DNA of 64,000 nt from Synechococcales cyanobacterium VAR_4_metabat_354 (GCA_031414775.1 JANOQI010000031.1:64001-128000), one strand, 5' to 3'. Counted from the first letter of the stretch, positions 30,268 through 41,339 are shown. Numbers and translations: made by a program. Notes: generated by a model not told the origin, from the letters alone.

Positions 30268-31896
30268 ATGGCTAAACGCATTATTTACAACGAAAACGCC
30301 CGGCGCGCCTTAGAGAGAGGGATGGACATCCTGGCGGAAGCTGTAGCTGTTACCCTTGGTCCTAAAGGCCGGAACGTGGTACTCGAAAAGAAATTTGGCG
30401 CACCCCAAATCGTGAATGATGGTGTCACCATTGCCAAAGAAATTGAACTAGAAGATAACATTGAAAACACTGGCGTGGCGTTGATCCGTCAAGCAGCCTC
30501 TAAAACTAATGATGCTGCTGGTGATGGTACTACCACTGCTACTGTATTGGCTCATGCCATTGTCAAAGAAGGTTTACGCAACGTGGCGGCTGGTGCCAAT
30601 GCTATTTCCCTAAAACGTGGTATTGACAAAGCCACCGTGTTCTTGGTCGAAAAGATTAAGTCTCACGCTAAGCCTGTCGAAGATTCTAAAGCAATCGCTC
30701 AAGTAGCCTCGATTTCGGCTGGTAACGACAACGAAGTTGGCGAAATGATTGCCAGTGCTATGGATAAGGTGGGCAAGGAAGGCGTTATTTCCTTGGAAGA
30801 AGGTAAGTCGATGACTACCGAATTGGAAATTACTGAAGGGATGCGCTTTGATAAAGGCTACATTTCACCTTACTTCGCGACTGATATGGAGCGGATGGAA
30901 GCGGTTTTAGAACAGCCTTATATCTTGATTACCGACAAAAAAATCAACTTGGTGCAAGACCTAGTGCCAATTCTCGAGCAAGTCGCTCGTTCTGGTCGCC
31001 CGCTCTTGATTTTGGCTGAAGACATTGAAAAGGAAGCGCTAGCTACCTTGGTTGTCAACCGGTTACGCGGTGTCTTGAATGTGGCCGCTGTAAAGTCGCC
31101 TGGTTTTGGCGATCGACGGAAAGCGATGTTGGAAGATATCGCCGTCTTGACTGGTGGTCAGCTGGTAACTGAAGATGCGGGCTTGAAATTGGATGGTACC
31201 AAGCTGGAAATGCTCGGTCAAGCGCGTCGGATTACTATTACCAAAGACAGCACTACCATCGTTGCTGAAGGCAATGATGTAGGCGTGAAGTCTCGCTGTG
31301 AGCAAATCAAACGTCAAATGGAAGATACTGAATCTTCTTACGACAAAGAAAAGCTGCAAGAGCGTCTAGCTAAATTAGCTGGTGGTGTAGCCGTGATCAA
31401 AGTAGGTGCTGCTACCGAAACCGAAATGAAGGATCGGAAGCTGCGCTTGGAAGATGCGATCAACGCAACTAAAGCTGCTGTAGAAGAAGGCATCGTTCCT
31501 GGTGGTGGTGCAACTTTGGCTCACTTGGTTCCTGATTTGGAAACTTGGGCTGCTGCTAACTTGACTGGTGAAGAGCTGATTGGAGCAATGATTGTAACGC
31601 GGGCGCTGACTGCACCGTTGCGTAGAATCGCCCAAAACGCTGGCCAAAATGGCGCAGTGATTGCGGAAAAAGTCAAAGAAAAAGACTTTAGCATTGGCTA
31701 CAACGCCGCGACTAACGAATATGTCAACATGCTGGAAGCTGGTATCGTTGACCCTGCGAAAGTGACTCGTTCGGCCTTGCAAAATGCTGCTTCGATCGCA
31801 GCGATGGTTTTAACTACCGAATGTATCGTAGTTGATAAGCCTGAGCCTAAAGATGGTGCTCCCGCTGGTGGCGGTGGCGGCGACTTCGATTACTAA
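30268..31896 (+). CDS. groEL: Chaperonin GroEL (GroEL1)
   Basis: [18 protein letters not shown]-terminal GGGDFDY. Confidence 0.99.
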   Translation: MAKRIIYNENARRALERGMDILAEAVAVTLGPKGRNVVLEKKFGAPQIVNDGVTIAKEIELEDNIENTGVALIRQAASKTNDAAGDGTTTATVLAHAIVKEGLRNVAAGANAISLKRGIDKATVFLVEKIKSHAKPVEDSKAIAQVASISAGNDNEVGEMIASAMDKVGKEGVISLEEGKSMTTELEITEGMRFDKGYISPYFATDMERMEAVLEQPYILITDKKINLVQDLVPILEQVARSGRPLLILAEDIEKEALATLVVNRLRGVLNVAAVKSPGFGDRRKAMLEDIAVLTGGQLVTEDAGLKLDGTKLEMLGQARRITITKDSTTIVAEGNDVGVKSRCEQIKRQMEDTESSYDKEKLQERLAKLAGGVAVIKVGAATETEMKDRKLRLEDAINATKAAVEEGIVPGGGATLAHLVPDLETWAAANLTGEELIGAMIVTRALTAPLRRIAQNAGQNGAVIAEKVKEKDFSIGYNAATNEYVNMLEAGIVDPAKVTRSALQNAASIAAMVLTTECIVVDKPEPKDGAPAGGGGGDFDY

Positions 31897-31944
31897 AAAA
31901 TCTTAGTTTTAATTTACCTAATTCGCCCTAAATTCCTCAGGAAT

Positions 31945-32955
31945 TTAGGGTTCTTTGCTATTTGCTAACAAGAACCTATCGTGCGGCTGCCATAAATTAT
32001 TAGCAGTAAGACCGGTGGGAATAATCCCCCCTGGATTCAGTGGAAATAAATTGCCATAATAGTCGCGTTTGACACTTTCAACATCACAGGTCTCCGCTAT
32101 CCCTGGCAGTTGATAAATATCCCGCAGATAAGAGCCTAAGTACTGATAATCTTGAATACGCTGCTGGTTACATTTAAACAAGCCATGGTAGGCCAAATCG
32201 AAGCGAAACAAGGTAGTAAATAGTCGAACATCAGCTAACGTCAAAAGATCGCCGCAGAGATAGCGGTTGTTCGCCAGTACCAAATCGAGTTCCTCTAGCA
32301 CTGTAAATAAATCTTGGCTAGCCACATCGTAAGCCGTTTGGGTCTGGGCAAAGCCACAGCGATACACTCCATTATTGACAGCATGATAGATTTTCTCATT
32401 CCATCGATCGATCTCCGTCCTCAATAGCTGGGGGTATAAATCCACGCCAGGATGCTGGGCAAATTCATTAAATTCAGCATTGAGCATTACAATGATTTCG
32501 GCGCTCTCATTGTTCACAATTGTTTTAGTCTGTTTGTCCCACAAAACGGGAATAGTACAGCGACCACTATAACCGGGTTGAGATAAGTTGTATAACTCGC
32601 GCAAAGTCTGACAACCTTCTTCGCTTTCCTCAAAAATCCAACCACCAGCTTCCGGAGAAGGCAAAGCGATCGATACTGATATCACACTTTCTAATCCTTT
32701 CAGTACCCGCACCGCTAAAGTTCGATGCGCCCAAGGGCAACTCATTCCCACATAGAGATGATAACGCTGGGTTGCTGATTGGTAGGTGCTATCTGGTTTA
32801 GTACTAATTTCGCTATGAAAGGAGCTAGTTGGACGTTGATAGGCTCCTGTTCGATCGCGCGGTGCCAGGTTAGACATCATGATTTGCCAGAGCGTTGTCC
32901 AGACAAACTTACCGAGTATGATGATTAAATTGGGCGGCAGTGACTTTCCTTTCAT
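31945..32955 (-). CDS. Glutathionyl-hydroquinone reductase (YqjG / Xi-class GST)
   Basis: CPWAHRT, PVLWDK..TIVNNESAEI, NNGVYRCGFA, RFD..Y..LFKCN, NPGGIIP. Confidence 0.92.
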   Translation of the reverse strand: MKGKSLPPNLIIILGKFVWTTLWQIMMSNLAPRDRTGAYQRPTSSFHSEISTKPDSTYQSATQRYHLYVGMSCPWAHRTLAVRVLKGLESVISVSIALPSPEAGGWIFEESEEGCQTLRELYNLSQPGYSGRCTIPVLWDKQTKTIVNNESAEIIVMLNAEFNEFAQHPGVDLYPQLLRTEIDRWNEKIYHAVNNGVYRCGFAQTQTAYDVASQDLFTVLEELDLVLANNRYLCGDLLTLADVRLFTTLFRFDLAYHGLFKCNQQRIQDYQYLGSYLRDIYQLPGIAETCDVESVKRDYYGNLFPLNPGGIIPTGLTANNLWQPHDRFLLANSKEP

Positions 32956-33063
32956 GAAGCTTCTGGGGTTCCTGATTTTTTTCAGCTTAACGAAATCTCG
33001 TCAAAACAGCTGGTTGGCAATAATCGAGAGGTCTGGAAAGATGCTGAAAAGTTATTTTCGGCA

Positions 33064-34074
33064 TTAATTAAGCGGCAACGACAAGCCCAAAGCCGCTTTA
33101 ACATCCGCTAAAGTCTGGTTCGCCACAACTTCCGCTTGCTCCTGACCCTGCCGTAACACCGACTCCAAATAAGACCTGTCGGATACCACTTCTTGATACT
33201 TAGCCTGAATCGGCGCGAGATGAGTAATCATCGCCTCTGCCAACAGCGGTTTAAACTGACCCCAACCCATCTCTCGACATTCTGCTGCTACTGCTTCCTT
33301 TGTTTGACCGCTGACGATCGCATACAATGACAACAAATTACGACACTCCGGTCGATTCACATCATCAAAATTCAGACCGCGTTCTGGATCGGTTTTACAC
33401 TTTTTGATTTTTTGCTGAATCAACTGCGGTGGATCCAACAGATTAATCCGGCTCAAATCTGAGGGGTCAGACTTCGACATCTTTTTAGTGCCATCGGTCA
33501 AGCTCATTACCCGTGCTCCCTCTGCCAAAATTAACGGCTCTGGCAACTTTAATACTGGTTTCTCCGCAGCATAGAGATGATTAAACCGACCCGCAATATC
33601 CCGTGTCAGCTCTAGATGCTGCTTTTGATCTTCGCCTACCGGCACCCGATCGGTTTGATACAGCAAAATATCCGCTGCCATCAACACCGGATAATCCAGC
33701 AGCCCCACCCCGACGTTATCCCCTTGCTTAATGGCCTTTTCCTTGAACTGGATCATCCCTTCCAGCCAGTTTAAAGGCGTAATACAGTTAAACAACCAAG
33801 TCAGCTCGGTATGCGCCCGCACATGGGATTGAATAAAAATATTGGCATGGCTGAGATCGATACCACAGGCTAAATAGAGAGCGGCGACTGTGTAACTATT
33901 AGCTGCTAGTTTCTGGGGGTTATGGGGTACAGTAATGGCGTGTAAATCTACTACACAAAAGAAATTTTCATAGTCGGCTTGATTGACTACCCAGTTGCGG
34001 ATGGCACCCAAATAGTTGCCTAAATGTAGATTGCCCGTAGGCTGCACACCCGAAAGAACACGCTGTTTAGCCAT
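33064..34074 (-). CDS. trpS: Tryptophan-tRNA ligase
   Basis: SGVQPTG.LHLGNYLGA, VPVGEDQKQH, KMSKS. Confidence 0.99.
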   Translation of the reverse strand: MAKQRVLSGVQPTGNLHLGNYLGAIRNWVVNQADYENFFCVVDLHAITVPHNPQKLAANSYTVAALYLACGIDLSHANIFIQSHVRAHTELTWLFNCITPLNWLEGMIQFKEKAIKQGDNVGVGLLDYPVLMAADILLYQTDRVPVGEDQKQHLELTRDIAGRFNHLYAAEKPVLKLPEPLILAEGARVMSLTDGTKKMSKSDPSDLSRINLLDPPQLIQQKIKKCKTDPERGLNFDDVNRPECRNLLSLYAIVSGQTKEAVAAECREMGWGQFKPLLAEAMITHLAPIQAKYQEVVSDRSYLESVLRQGQEQAEVVANQTLADVKAALGLSLPLN

Positions 34075-34116
34075 AAAAATAGTTTTGAATATTAGCCAAT
34101 GAAATTTCTAGAAATA

Positions 34117-34214
34117 GACCTGGGCTGGATGACCGGAGCCGGACTATGCTGTTTATCTAAGACGCTCGAATACAATTGCAGGTTAAAGCAATTGCCGACA
34201 CCCTAGCCTGGGTC
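34117..34214 (-). ncRNA. Candidate structured 5' leader RNA of trpS
   Basis: Long closing stem plus two inner helices (folded by hand), downstream of an extended -10 TGGTATAAT at 34235-34227. Confidence 0.45.
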
Positions 34215-34296
34215 GATAAGTGGCCAATTATACCAAGATTGAACGCGATATTTCACTGGAAAACATGATTTGTTGCAGAATAGTTTCCGATCTCTA

Positions 34297-35706
34297 TCAT
34301 CCGCCAGTTCGTAATTTCTCCACCAAATCATAAAAAGGTTGCCAGTTATCTTCTTGATCGATCGAATCCCAAACCGACTCAATCACTGGTCTTAGTGGCA
34401 CAGTTACTGGATTCCAACGAGTTAGTAGCTTGCCCACCGTCGCCAGCTGCTCTGGTGGCAAATTAGTGATGGCTTGATGATATTGTTGTCGCCATTGACT
34501 TAGTAATGCCGCACTAGTATTTTCTGGCAACCAATTGGTGGTCAAAATCTGGTTGAGATCCTGCTGCCAGTTATCTTGCCACTGCTGTGCCAGCTTCGCA
34601 AAAAAATCGTGATAACCCACCTGCGATTGGTAAAGTAGTTCGATTGTGGCATTCAATAAATCTTCAGGAGGGTGAGTAAGACCTAGCTTGCGCCCTAGTA
34701 ATTTTTGATAACTATGCTTGTAGTGGTTAGCAAATTCTGCCAGTGCTGTTACCATCTCTGCCGGTTTTAGAACTGCGGCCAAGGGCTTTTGTAATAATTC
34801 TAAGTTGAGCTGACAAATCCCCGGTTGGTTCGCATAGCTATAGCGACCAGAGTGGTCGAAGTAAGCTGCGGTAAAATCTGGCAAGTAGGAAGGAATAAAA
34901 GCAAAAGGGCCATAGTCAAAACTCTCGCCAGTAATCGACATATTATCGGTGTTTAAAACAGCGTGACAAAAACCAGAGACCATCCATTGAGCCACTAACT
35001 CGGCTACGCGCTGCACCAGCTCCCGGTAAAACAAGATATATCTGTCGGCTTGATTTAAGAGATGCGGGTAATAATATTGGATGACATGATCCAGCAATTT
35101 CTGAATGAGGTCAGGTCGCTGCAGATAATGTAACCGCTCAAAAGTTCCAAACCGGATGTGCGATCGACTGAACCTGACCATCACCGCAGACCGTGTGGGC
35201 GATGGCTCATCCCCCCGCCACAGCTCCAGACCCGTTTCAATCATGCTCAAACAACGCGAGGTTTTTACTCCCATCCGGTGCAGAGCTTCAGCGGCAATCA
35301 CCTCCCGTATTCCCCCCTTTAGTGTCAACATCCCATCACCGCCCCGGGAATAGGGCGTACGGCCAGAACCTTTAGTACCAAAATCGTATAACTCACCATC
35401 AGTACCGCGTACTTGGCCATAGAGAAAACCCCGGCCATCACCCAATCCGGGGTTATATTGACCAAACTGGTAGCCATGGTAGCGTAGCGCCATTAGAGGA
35501 TGAGCATGGCGCACAAACTGACCAAAAGCTTCGGCAAAATCTTGATCTTGCACGGCGTTAGGTTCTAAGCCCAACTGAGTTAAGATGTCATCATTGCGCC
35601 AGCGCAAGGTATATTGCGGGAAATCAGCAGCGGCCACATCATCGTAGTAGTCGGTGCCCAAGGTTTCGATCGCTGGTTCGTATTGAAGATTTAGGAAGGG
35701 ATTCAT
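34297..35706 (-). CDS. selO: Protein adenylyltransferase SelO/YdiU family
   Basis: [49 protein letters not shown]. Confidence 0.94.
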   Translation of the reverse strand: MNPFLNLQYEPAIETLGTDYYDDVAAADFPQYTLRWRNDDILTQLGLEPNAVQDQDFAEAFGQFVRHAHPLMALRYHGYQFGQYNPGLGDGRGFLYGQVRGTDGELYDFGTKGSGRTPYSRGGDGMLTLKGGIREVIAAEALHRMGVKTSRCLSMIETGLELWRGDEPSPTRSAVMVRFSRSHIRFGTFERLHYLQRPDLIQKLLDHVIQYYYPHLLNQADRYILFYRELVQRVAELVAQWMVSGFCHAVLNTDNMSITGESFDYGPFAFIPSYLPDFTAAYFDHSGRYSYANQPGICQLNLELLQKPLAAVLKPAEMVTALAEFANHYKHSYQKLLGRKLGLTHPPEDLLNATIELLYQSQVGYHDFFAKLAQQWQDNWQQDLNQILTTNWLPENTSAALLSQWRQQYHQAITNLPPEQLATVGKLLTRWNPVTVPLRPVIESVWDSIDQEDNWQPFYDLVEKLRTGG

Positions 35707-35713
35707 CTGGATT

Positions 35714-35974
35714 ATGACTGACTCGTTAATGTTTCAAGAAGATGAATACGTGATGCTTACCCCTGGACAGCCAGAGGAAATTCTGACTGCTGCTGAAATG
35801 TTAGCAAAACTAGAGTCTACCTTAGCGGCAACCTCAGTAGATTTGCCGATCGATGTCTCCATCAAAACCTCGATCGCGGCTCAAGCCGCCTATTTGTTAG
35901 TCAACTATTGCGAGCTGGACTTAGATAATGGTCAGTATCTGCACTGGTACGCTGTGCGCTTAGAAAAGAATTAG
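35714..35974 (+). CDS. crr7: Chlororespiratory reduction protein 7 (NDH assembly)
   Basis: D.LM.QED.YV.L...QPEE.LT..E...KL..A.YL...CELD...YL.WY.VRLEK. Confidence 0.85.
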   Translation: MTDSLMFQEDEYVMLTPGQPEEILTAAEMLAKLESTLAATSVDLPIDVSIKTSIAAQAAYLLVNYCELDLDNGQYLHWYAVRLEKN

Positions 35975-36537
35975 GCAGTAGCGGCAACAGGAGCTACGAC
36001 AATCAGGGCTAATTCCAACTCTTCTTCACCAGTAGACGTAATGGTGCTACGCACACCGGGTCCAAAAAATCTGGTGATTTTGTCCTGTTTTTCTTCCCAA
36101 GTAGCTAAGGAAATGAGCGGGGTATAAAATTCTAAAACGATAGTATAATTGCCATCGATCGATTCCTCACGTAATCCTTTCAAAATTGGCCGTTCCTCAT
36201 CGGTGGGCGACATCCCCAATTTTTCTAAAGCCAAATCTAAATGTGCTTCCTCGCCATAACGGAATCTGGTGACATCTTGGCGGATCTGCTTTTGGGTAGG
36301 TGTTTCTTGGGCTTTCCGGAGTTTCATCATCTCTGGCTCTGGCTCAATGAAGGCCACTGGTTTTAGCTCGGAAGATTTTAGTGCTAATCCTCCTAAGAGC
36401 AACGGTACACCATAGAAGAATCCCACCAGGTTGAGAGTGGAGTTATCGACAGCATAAGCGCCAAACCCAATGAGAGTTAGTAAACCACCAATACTGATCA
36501 AGGTGGGGCCCAGCGGGATTCTTTGAATCAAAGACAT
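35971..36537 (-). CDS. DUF2854 / APE1-like thylakoid membrane protein
   Basis: LNLVGFFYG.PLLLGGLALK.SELKP, Q.R.DVTRFRYG..AHL, FFGPG. Confidence 0.88.
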   Translation of the reverse strand: MSLIQRIPLGPTLISIGGLLTLIGFGAYAVDNSTLNLVGFFYGVPLLLGGLALKSSELKPVAFIEPEPEMMKLRKAQETPTQKQIRQDVTRFRYGEEAHLDLALEKLGMSPTDEERPILKGLREESIDGNYTIVLEFYTPLISLATWEEKQDKITRFFGPGVRSTITSTGEEELELALIVVAPVAATA

Positions 36538-36717
36538 AAGATTTAGGAATTTTTAATTAAGTACAAATATCTTTACATTATAGGGACGTAGTTGCTGATT
36601 TCACTAACCCCAAGATGGGATGATCCGACTTCGATTAGTGATATCGCCTACTTCTGCCGACTGACTTCCGACCAGCAGTGCGCCTAAGCTAGCAGCAATT
36701 GAACATCTCAGGTTCCT

Positions 36718-37638
36718 ATGCTGCAACTTAACTCCCGTTCCGTCATTCGCCAACGATTACAACGAGCAATCTCTGACTATCTAAGTCTTGAACAACTCAA
36801 CCATAGCTTGGCCGAATTACCTGCTCAGTTCCAGCAACCTACCACTCGACCCTGGCGCAAGATTGACTGGCGATCGATCGACATCAGTCAAATTCATGGC
36901 ATCGAAGTCGAAGTTTTCCTCGCCGTCTTGCAAGGCTCGATGGATACCGAAGCGCCGATTCGGGGCTATACCCAAGTTAGCCGTCAATACCTAGAAAACC
37001 TATATCCGCAGATGGCCACCTATGTTGGGGGGAATTTCAACGACCAAGGTTGTCTCACTGAGCCGGGACTCTGGGAAAAAGAAGAACGCCAGCATACTCC
37101 CGCCTTGATCAAAATCTATCGCCAACTAGCTTGCCACCCACCAGTGATTGATCCCCATACTGTGCGGGATTATCAACCGACCGATGACCGCCATCACGAT
37201 TTATTCAAACATGGTCTGCACCGCACTGCTACGGAATTTGCCGCTGGCTGTCTTTACCTGTGGTTAATGGCACATACCACTGGTTCCTTACACCAGGTGC
37301 TCCAAGAAATTGCCCAAGATGAAATCAACCATGCTACTAGGTTCTGGGGCTTTGGGGTGTGGGCTTACCCCGCAGCTTCCTGGCGCTCACTAGCCATCAC
37401 ACTAGTCAAAACAGCTAACCGCCAGCTGACTTACAGTTCCAGCAAAAGCAGCCTGCTGGGCACAATTCAGCGGATGACTAATGTGATGGGCTGGCCGCAG
37501 TGGACTTGGTACAACCGTGCCAGCTTTATATGGGTCTCCCTCCAAGCCTTGTGGCAAATGGTGCGCTGGAGTCGCCAGCTCGATCGACAGCAACTTAATC
37601 ACTTGTTTGGTGAGCCACCAGCAACTACTACTTCATAA
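36718..37638 (+). CDS. Ferritin-like (diiron) domain protein
   Basis: DTEAPIRGY, WEKEERQH, RTATE, DEINH carboxylate/His motifs. Confidence 0.82.
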   Translation: MLQLNSRSVIRQRLQRAISDYLSLEQLNHSLAELPAQFQQPTTRPWRKIDWRSIDISQIHGIEVEVFLAVLQGSMDTEAPIRGYTQVSRQYLENLYPQMATYVGGNFNDQGCLTEPGLWEKEERQHTPALIKIYRQLACHPPVIDPHTVRDYQPTDDRHHDLFKHGLHRTATEFAAGCLYLWLMAHTTGSLHQVLQEIAQDEINHATRFWGFGVWAYPAASWRSLAITLVKTANRQLTYSSSKSSLLGTIQRMTNVMGWPQWTWYNRASFIWVSLQALWQMVRWSRQLDRQQLNHLFGEPPATTTS

Positions 37639-37697
37639 CTACCAAAAGACTACAAATATAGATATGATAGAATCCTTGGCCATAAATCTAGAGATTA

Positions 37698-38279
37698 ATG
37701 ATGTCAAAATTTTATTCAGAATTAACCGACGAGCTAATTAAATTCATCGAGCAGCAACAAATTTTCTTTACAGCCAGTGCGCCCCCAGAAGGCCGCATCA
37801 ACCTTTCGCCGAAAGGGATGGATACTTTCCGGTGCCTGAGCCGTACCCAGGTGGCTTACCTGGATCTCACCGGCAGTGGTAACGAAACCGCTGCTCACCT
37901 GCGCGAAAATAGCCGAATGACCATCATGATGTGCAGTTTTAGCGATGAGCCATTAATTTTGCGCCTGTATGGTCAAGGTGAAGTGATTAGCCCCCTGCAC
38001 AACTTGTGGGCAGATCTACTGGCTGAATTCCCGGAGATTCCTGGTCAACGGCAAATTATGATGATGTCGATCGAATCGGTGCAGACATCCTGTGGTTATG
38101 CCGTGCCCACCTGTACCGGAATAACTGAGCGTCCGAAGCTCCAGCAATGGGCAGCGCGTAAAGGTGTTGATGGTGTTAATAAATATTGGCAACAGAAGAA
38201 CCGCCGCAGTATTGATGGTTTAGATACTGGCATTACTGCCCAAATCCAGGCTTTCCCCACCGTCCCAACCGAGATTTAA
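37698..38279 (+). CDS. Pyridoxamine 5'-phosphate oxidase-like FMN-binding protein
   Basis: INLSPKG, YLDLTGSGNETAAH, P.ILRLYG.G, VQTSCGYAVP. Confidence 0.9.
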   Translation: MMSKFYSELTDELIKFIEQQQIFFTASAPPEGRINLSPKGMDTFRCLSRTQVAYLDLTGSGNETAAHLRENSRMTIMMCSFSDEPLILRLYGQGEVISPLHNLWADLLAEFPEIPGQRQIMMMSIESVQTSCGYAVPTCTGITERPKLQQWAARKGVDGVNKYWQQKNRRSIDGLDTGITAQIQAFPTVPTEI

Positions 38280-38405
38280 GATCTTCATGATTTTGAATAA
38301 AATCTAATGAAATCCTGGTGATTTTTGTCAAGATAGAATAATCATTCTATAATTTTTACCAATTTGGACGGCTAAGAATATCTATTTGCTAGTTTTGTTA
38401 AGGTT

Positions 38406-39896
38406 ATGGGAAAAAAAATTCTGAGAGCAGTCATCTTAGCTGTGATGACAATCTGTTTAGTTGTATCGGTGCCGGTGTCAGCAAAAAAAACGCTGTCAGG
38501 GACTTCTCTCCCCAATAACTACCAAACAGAAGGTGAACCACGCCCCACAGTTACCAAAATACGTAGCAGTGTTTCCTGCTTGGGTACCGCTCCTAATAAT
38601 ACTCTACTACTTGATAATAACGATGAGCAAGCTATTCAGGGTGCTGGAAGCTATTTGGACTGTGCGATCGCCAAGGCTACTGGCACAATGGATCAGCCCA
38701 TTGCGCGGCAGTTGTCTGATGCTCTAGCTACTGAGAAGCCAGTGGTGACTGTTGTTCCCAGTCCGGTAGCGATGATTGCTCCAGCTAATGTAGAAGTGGC
38801 TGAGGTGCTAGCCAATAATACTGTGGCTAGAATTGGTCCGAGCAGTAATTATAGTCGCGCCACACCTTTACTTAAGGGCATCAAAGCAGTTGTTGTCGGT
38901 CGGAAAGAGGGTGATAATAATGGTAAAAATAGCAGCTGGATACAGCTAGACTATGGTGGTTGGGTGAATGTTAGTGACCTGAAAGTAACAACTGGTAACG
39001 TTCCAAAATCAGTAGTGAAAAATATCCGCAGTCAAAATCGGAATGGTAACACCGATGTATTTTTTACTTTGCAAGTACCGGTGCCCTTGGTCATTGAGCA
39101 GACCGAAAAAACTCTGAAACTTACTCTCTACAACACCACTGCCTCAAGTAATATGGTGAAACTGATGAGTAATCCGCTGATCGATCGAGTGGAATCAAAA
39201 TCCGTTGCTCCTAGTCAGGTGGAATATACTTTTATCTATAAGTCTCGTCAGCAGTGGGGCTACAAATATCGCTATGATGGCAACAATTTAGTGCTGTCCT
39301 TACGTCATCCGCCCACAATTGCGAAGCAGAGCAATAAACCGTTGATCGGAGTGAAGATTCTCCTCGATCCCGGACATGGTGGAGCAGATTCGGGGGCGTT
39401 AAGTGCTACCGGTTATACCGAGAAAGAGGCTAACCTTTTTGCGGCCAAACTTTTGGCTAATGAGCTATTTGCTAAAGGTGCCACAGTCTATCTCACCAGA
39501 GAAACTGACAAAGCAGTTTCTTTAGATGAGCGGCGTACCATTGTCGAACAGCTGGAACCAACTATTTCTCTCTCGGTTCACTACAATTCTTCCCCTGAGG
39601 ATGTGGAACCATCTAAAGCCGAAGGATTCTCCGTTTTTTGGTACCATTCTCAGGCGCAGGGCTTGGCTAATTTTTTACACACCTACGCTACTCAGTATGC
39701 CGATCGTCCTCAGTATGGCGTGATTTGGGATAACCTAGCTTTGGCGCGACCAGCAGCAGCTCCATCGGTGCTGTTAGAGTTAGGCTTCATGAGCAACCCG
39801 AAAGAATTGCAATGGATTAGTAATCCTCAAGCCCAACAGCAAATGGCTAAGACTTTAGCCAGCGGCATTACCCAGTGGTTTATGACTGCTACCTAA
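38406..39896 (+). CDS. N-acetylmuramoyl-L-alanine amidase (Amidase_3)
   Basis: Signal peptide; LDPGHGG, EKE.N, SVHYN, VLLELGFM. Confidence 0.93.
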   Translation: MGKKILRAVILAVMTICLVVSVPVSAKKTLSGTSLPNNYQTEGEPRPTVTKIRSSVSCLGTAPNNTLLLDNNDEQAIQGAGSYLDCAIAKATGTMDQPIARQLSDALATEKPVVTVVPSPVAMIAPANVEVAEVLANNTVARIGPSSNYSRATPLLKGIKAVVVGRKEGDNNGKNSSWIQLDYGGWVNVSDLKVTTGNVPKSVVKNIRSQNRNGNTDVFFTLQVPVPLVIEQTEKTLKLTLYNTTASSNMVKLMSNPLIDRVESKSVAPSQVEYTFIYKSRQQWGYKYRYDGNNLVLSLRHPPTIAKQSNKPLIGVKILLDPGHGGADSGALSATGYTEKEANLFAAKLLANELFAKGATVYLTRETDKAVSLDERRTIVEQLEPTISLSVHYNSSPEDVEPSKAEGFSVFWYHSQAQGLANFLHTYATQYADRPQYGVIWDNLALARPAAAPSVLLELGFMSNPKELQWISNPQAQQQMAKTLASGITQWFMTAT

Positions 39897-39907
39897 CTCA
39901 ACTACTT

Positions 39908-40525
39908 ATGTCTAATGAAACTTCGCTGAATTCTACTCAATATCAACAAAAAATGCAGCGCCGCCAAGAGGTGCAGGCTACGCGGATTGCTAACTCTATT
40001 TCGGAAAAAGGTCTAATTATTGTCAATACCGGGAATGGCAAAGGTAAGACCACCGCTGCCTTGGGGATGGTGATGCGTTCCCTGGGGCATGGCTATCGAG
40101 TGGCGATTATTCAGTACATTAAGGGCGCTTGGGAACCAGCTGAAAAAGCAGTGCTCTCCAAATTTTCTGGTCAGCTAGAATTCCATGCGATGGGCGAGGG
40201 CTTTACCTGGGATACGCAAGACCGCGATCGAGATATTCAGATGGCCAAGTTAGCTTGGGAGAAATCTCTGAGCTATATATTGGATGCGTCTTATCGCTTG
40301 ATATTACTGGATGAAATCAATGTGGCTCTGAAGCTGGGATATTTAGACCCCGAAGAAATATTAGCTGGCTTAGAGCAAAAGCCAGCTAATACACACGTGA
40401 TTCTTACTGGTCGAGGCGTACCAGCGGCCATCATCGATCGAGCTGACCTAGTAACCGAAATGAATCCGATTAAGCACCCTTTTCGGGAGCAAGGCGTCAA
40501 AGCCCAACCCGGCATCGAATTTTAA
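39908..40525 (+). CDS. cobO: Cob(I)yrinic acid a,c-diamide adenosyltransferase
   Basis: NTGNGKGKTTAALG, QYIKG, LDEIN, LTGR, KHPF..G.KAQ.GIEF. Confidence 0.97.
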   Translation: MSNETSLNSTQYQQKMQRRQEVQATRIANSISEKGLIIVNTGNGKGKTTAALGMVMRSLGHGYRVAIIQYIKGAWEPAEKAVLSKFSGQLEFHAMGEGFTWDTQDRDRDIQMAKLAWEKSLSYILDASYRLILLDEINVALKLGYLDPEEILAGLEQKPANTHVILTGRGVPAAIIDRADLVTEMNPIKHPFREQGVKAQPGIEF

Positions 40526-40538
40526 TTAAGTATTTTCT

Positions 40539-41162
40539 CTAGCCGCGCAGCGCAGACTGCCAGCGGCTACTCTTATACATACTACGACAGGAGTTTAGTA
40601 GTTTGAGTTCTGTTTTGCCAATCTTTTTAACTGCTTTGTACTCAGCACTGCTGGTTTTCGTATAACCAGTCTCTAAATTTACGGCGTAAGGATGAGCTGC
40701 ATTAGAGTCACCGTCAACAACCATCATATTCAGCTGGCTGGAGCGCAGCCTGCCGTGAAAGCAACTGAATTCAGAATTTGCTAAAAAGACTGCTCCGAAG
40801 ACCCTGCCACTTTTGTTCTCAAAGACTACATATTCACTATTCCGTCTACCTGGTTGATTGCTTTCGCCGTAGAGATAAGTTCCATTTGCGATCAATCGAC
40901 TGTTGCTGTTGGTAGCGATTACTTTCTTTTTACCCACCAAGGATGATGAACGTTTAGTGTTACCGGTACTGAGTCCCACAGCATTATCGCGACTGTTGGC
41001 GGCGATCGTTTTCCTCTTCCCGACCAAGGATGATGCCTGGTTCGTGGCGCTGATTCCTCCAGCATGGACTGGAATTGCCGTCAAAGCGGTACCTACCATA
41101 ATTGCAGCCAAACAGATTTTGCTAGCAGAAAAACAAAATTTGACCAATCGATGAACCGACAT
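40539..41162 (-). CDS. Secreted hypothetical protein with an N-terminal duplication
   Basis: Signal peptide (PVHA); NGTYLYGES.QP..EYVVFE..SEFSCF.G domain. Confidence 0.75.
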   Translation of the reverse strand: MSVHRLVKFCFSASKICLAAIMVGTALTAIPVHAGGISATNQASSLVGKRKTIAANSRDNAVGLSTGNTKRSSSLVGKKKVIATNSNSRLIANGTYLYGESNQPGRRNSEYVVFENKSGRVFGAVFLANSEFSCFHGRLRSSQLNMMVVDGDSNAAHPYAVNLETGYTKTSSAEYKAVKKIGKTELKLLNSCRSMYKSSRWQSALRG

Positions 41163-41339
41163 ATTCTTTAACCCTAGGGAAAATCGCGAGGTGGAGATTT
41201 GAGGAAAATGGATTACTCCAGTTTGCTCTTACAGCTTGTATATACTGTTATAACCAAATTTGCGTACGATCAATCGAATTTTCAGCCATAAGACATATAA
41301 AGTATTGATGAATGGTTAACAGATAGATGGATACTTAGT

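Noticed and set aside
34117..34214. Identification as SRP RNA, T-box or SAM-II/V riboswitch
   Set aside because: No SRP CAGG..GNRA..AGCAG core and no T-box sequence; only short word-level resemblance to SAM-II
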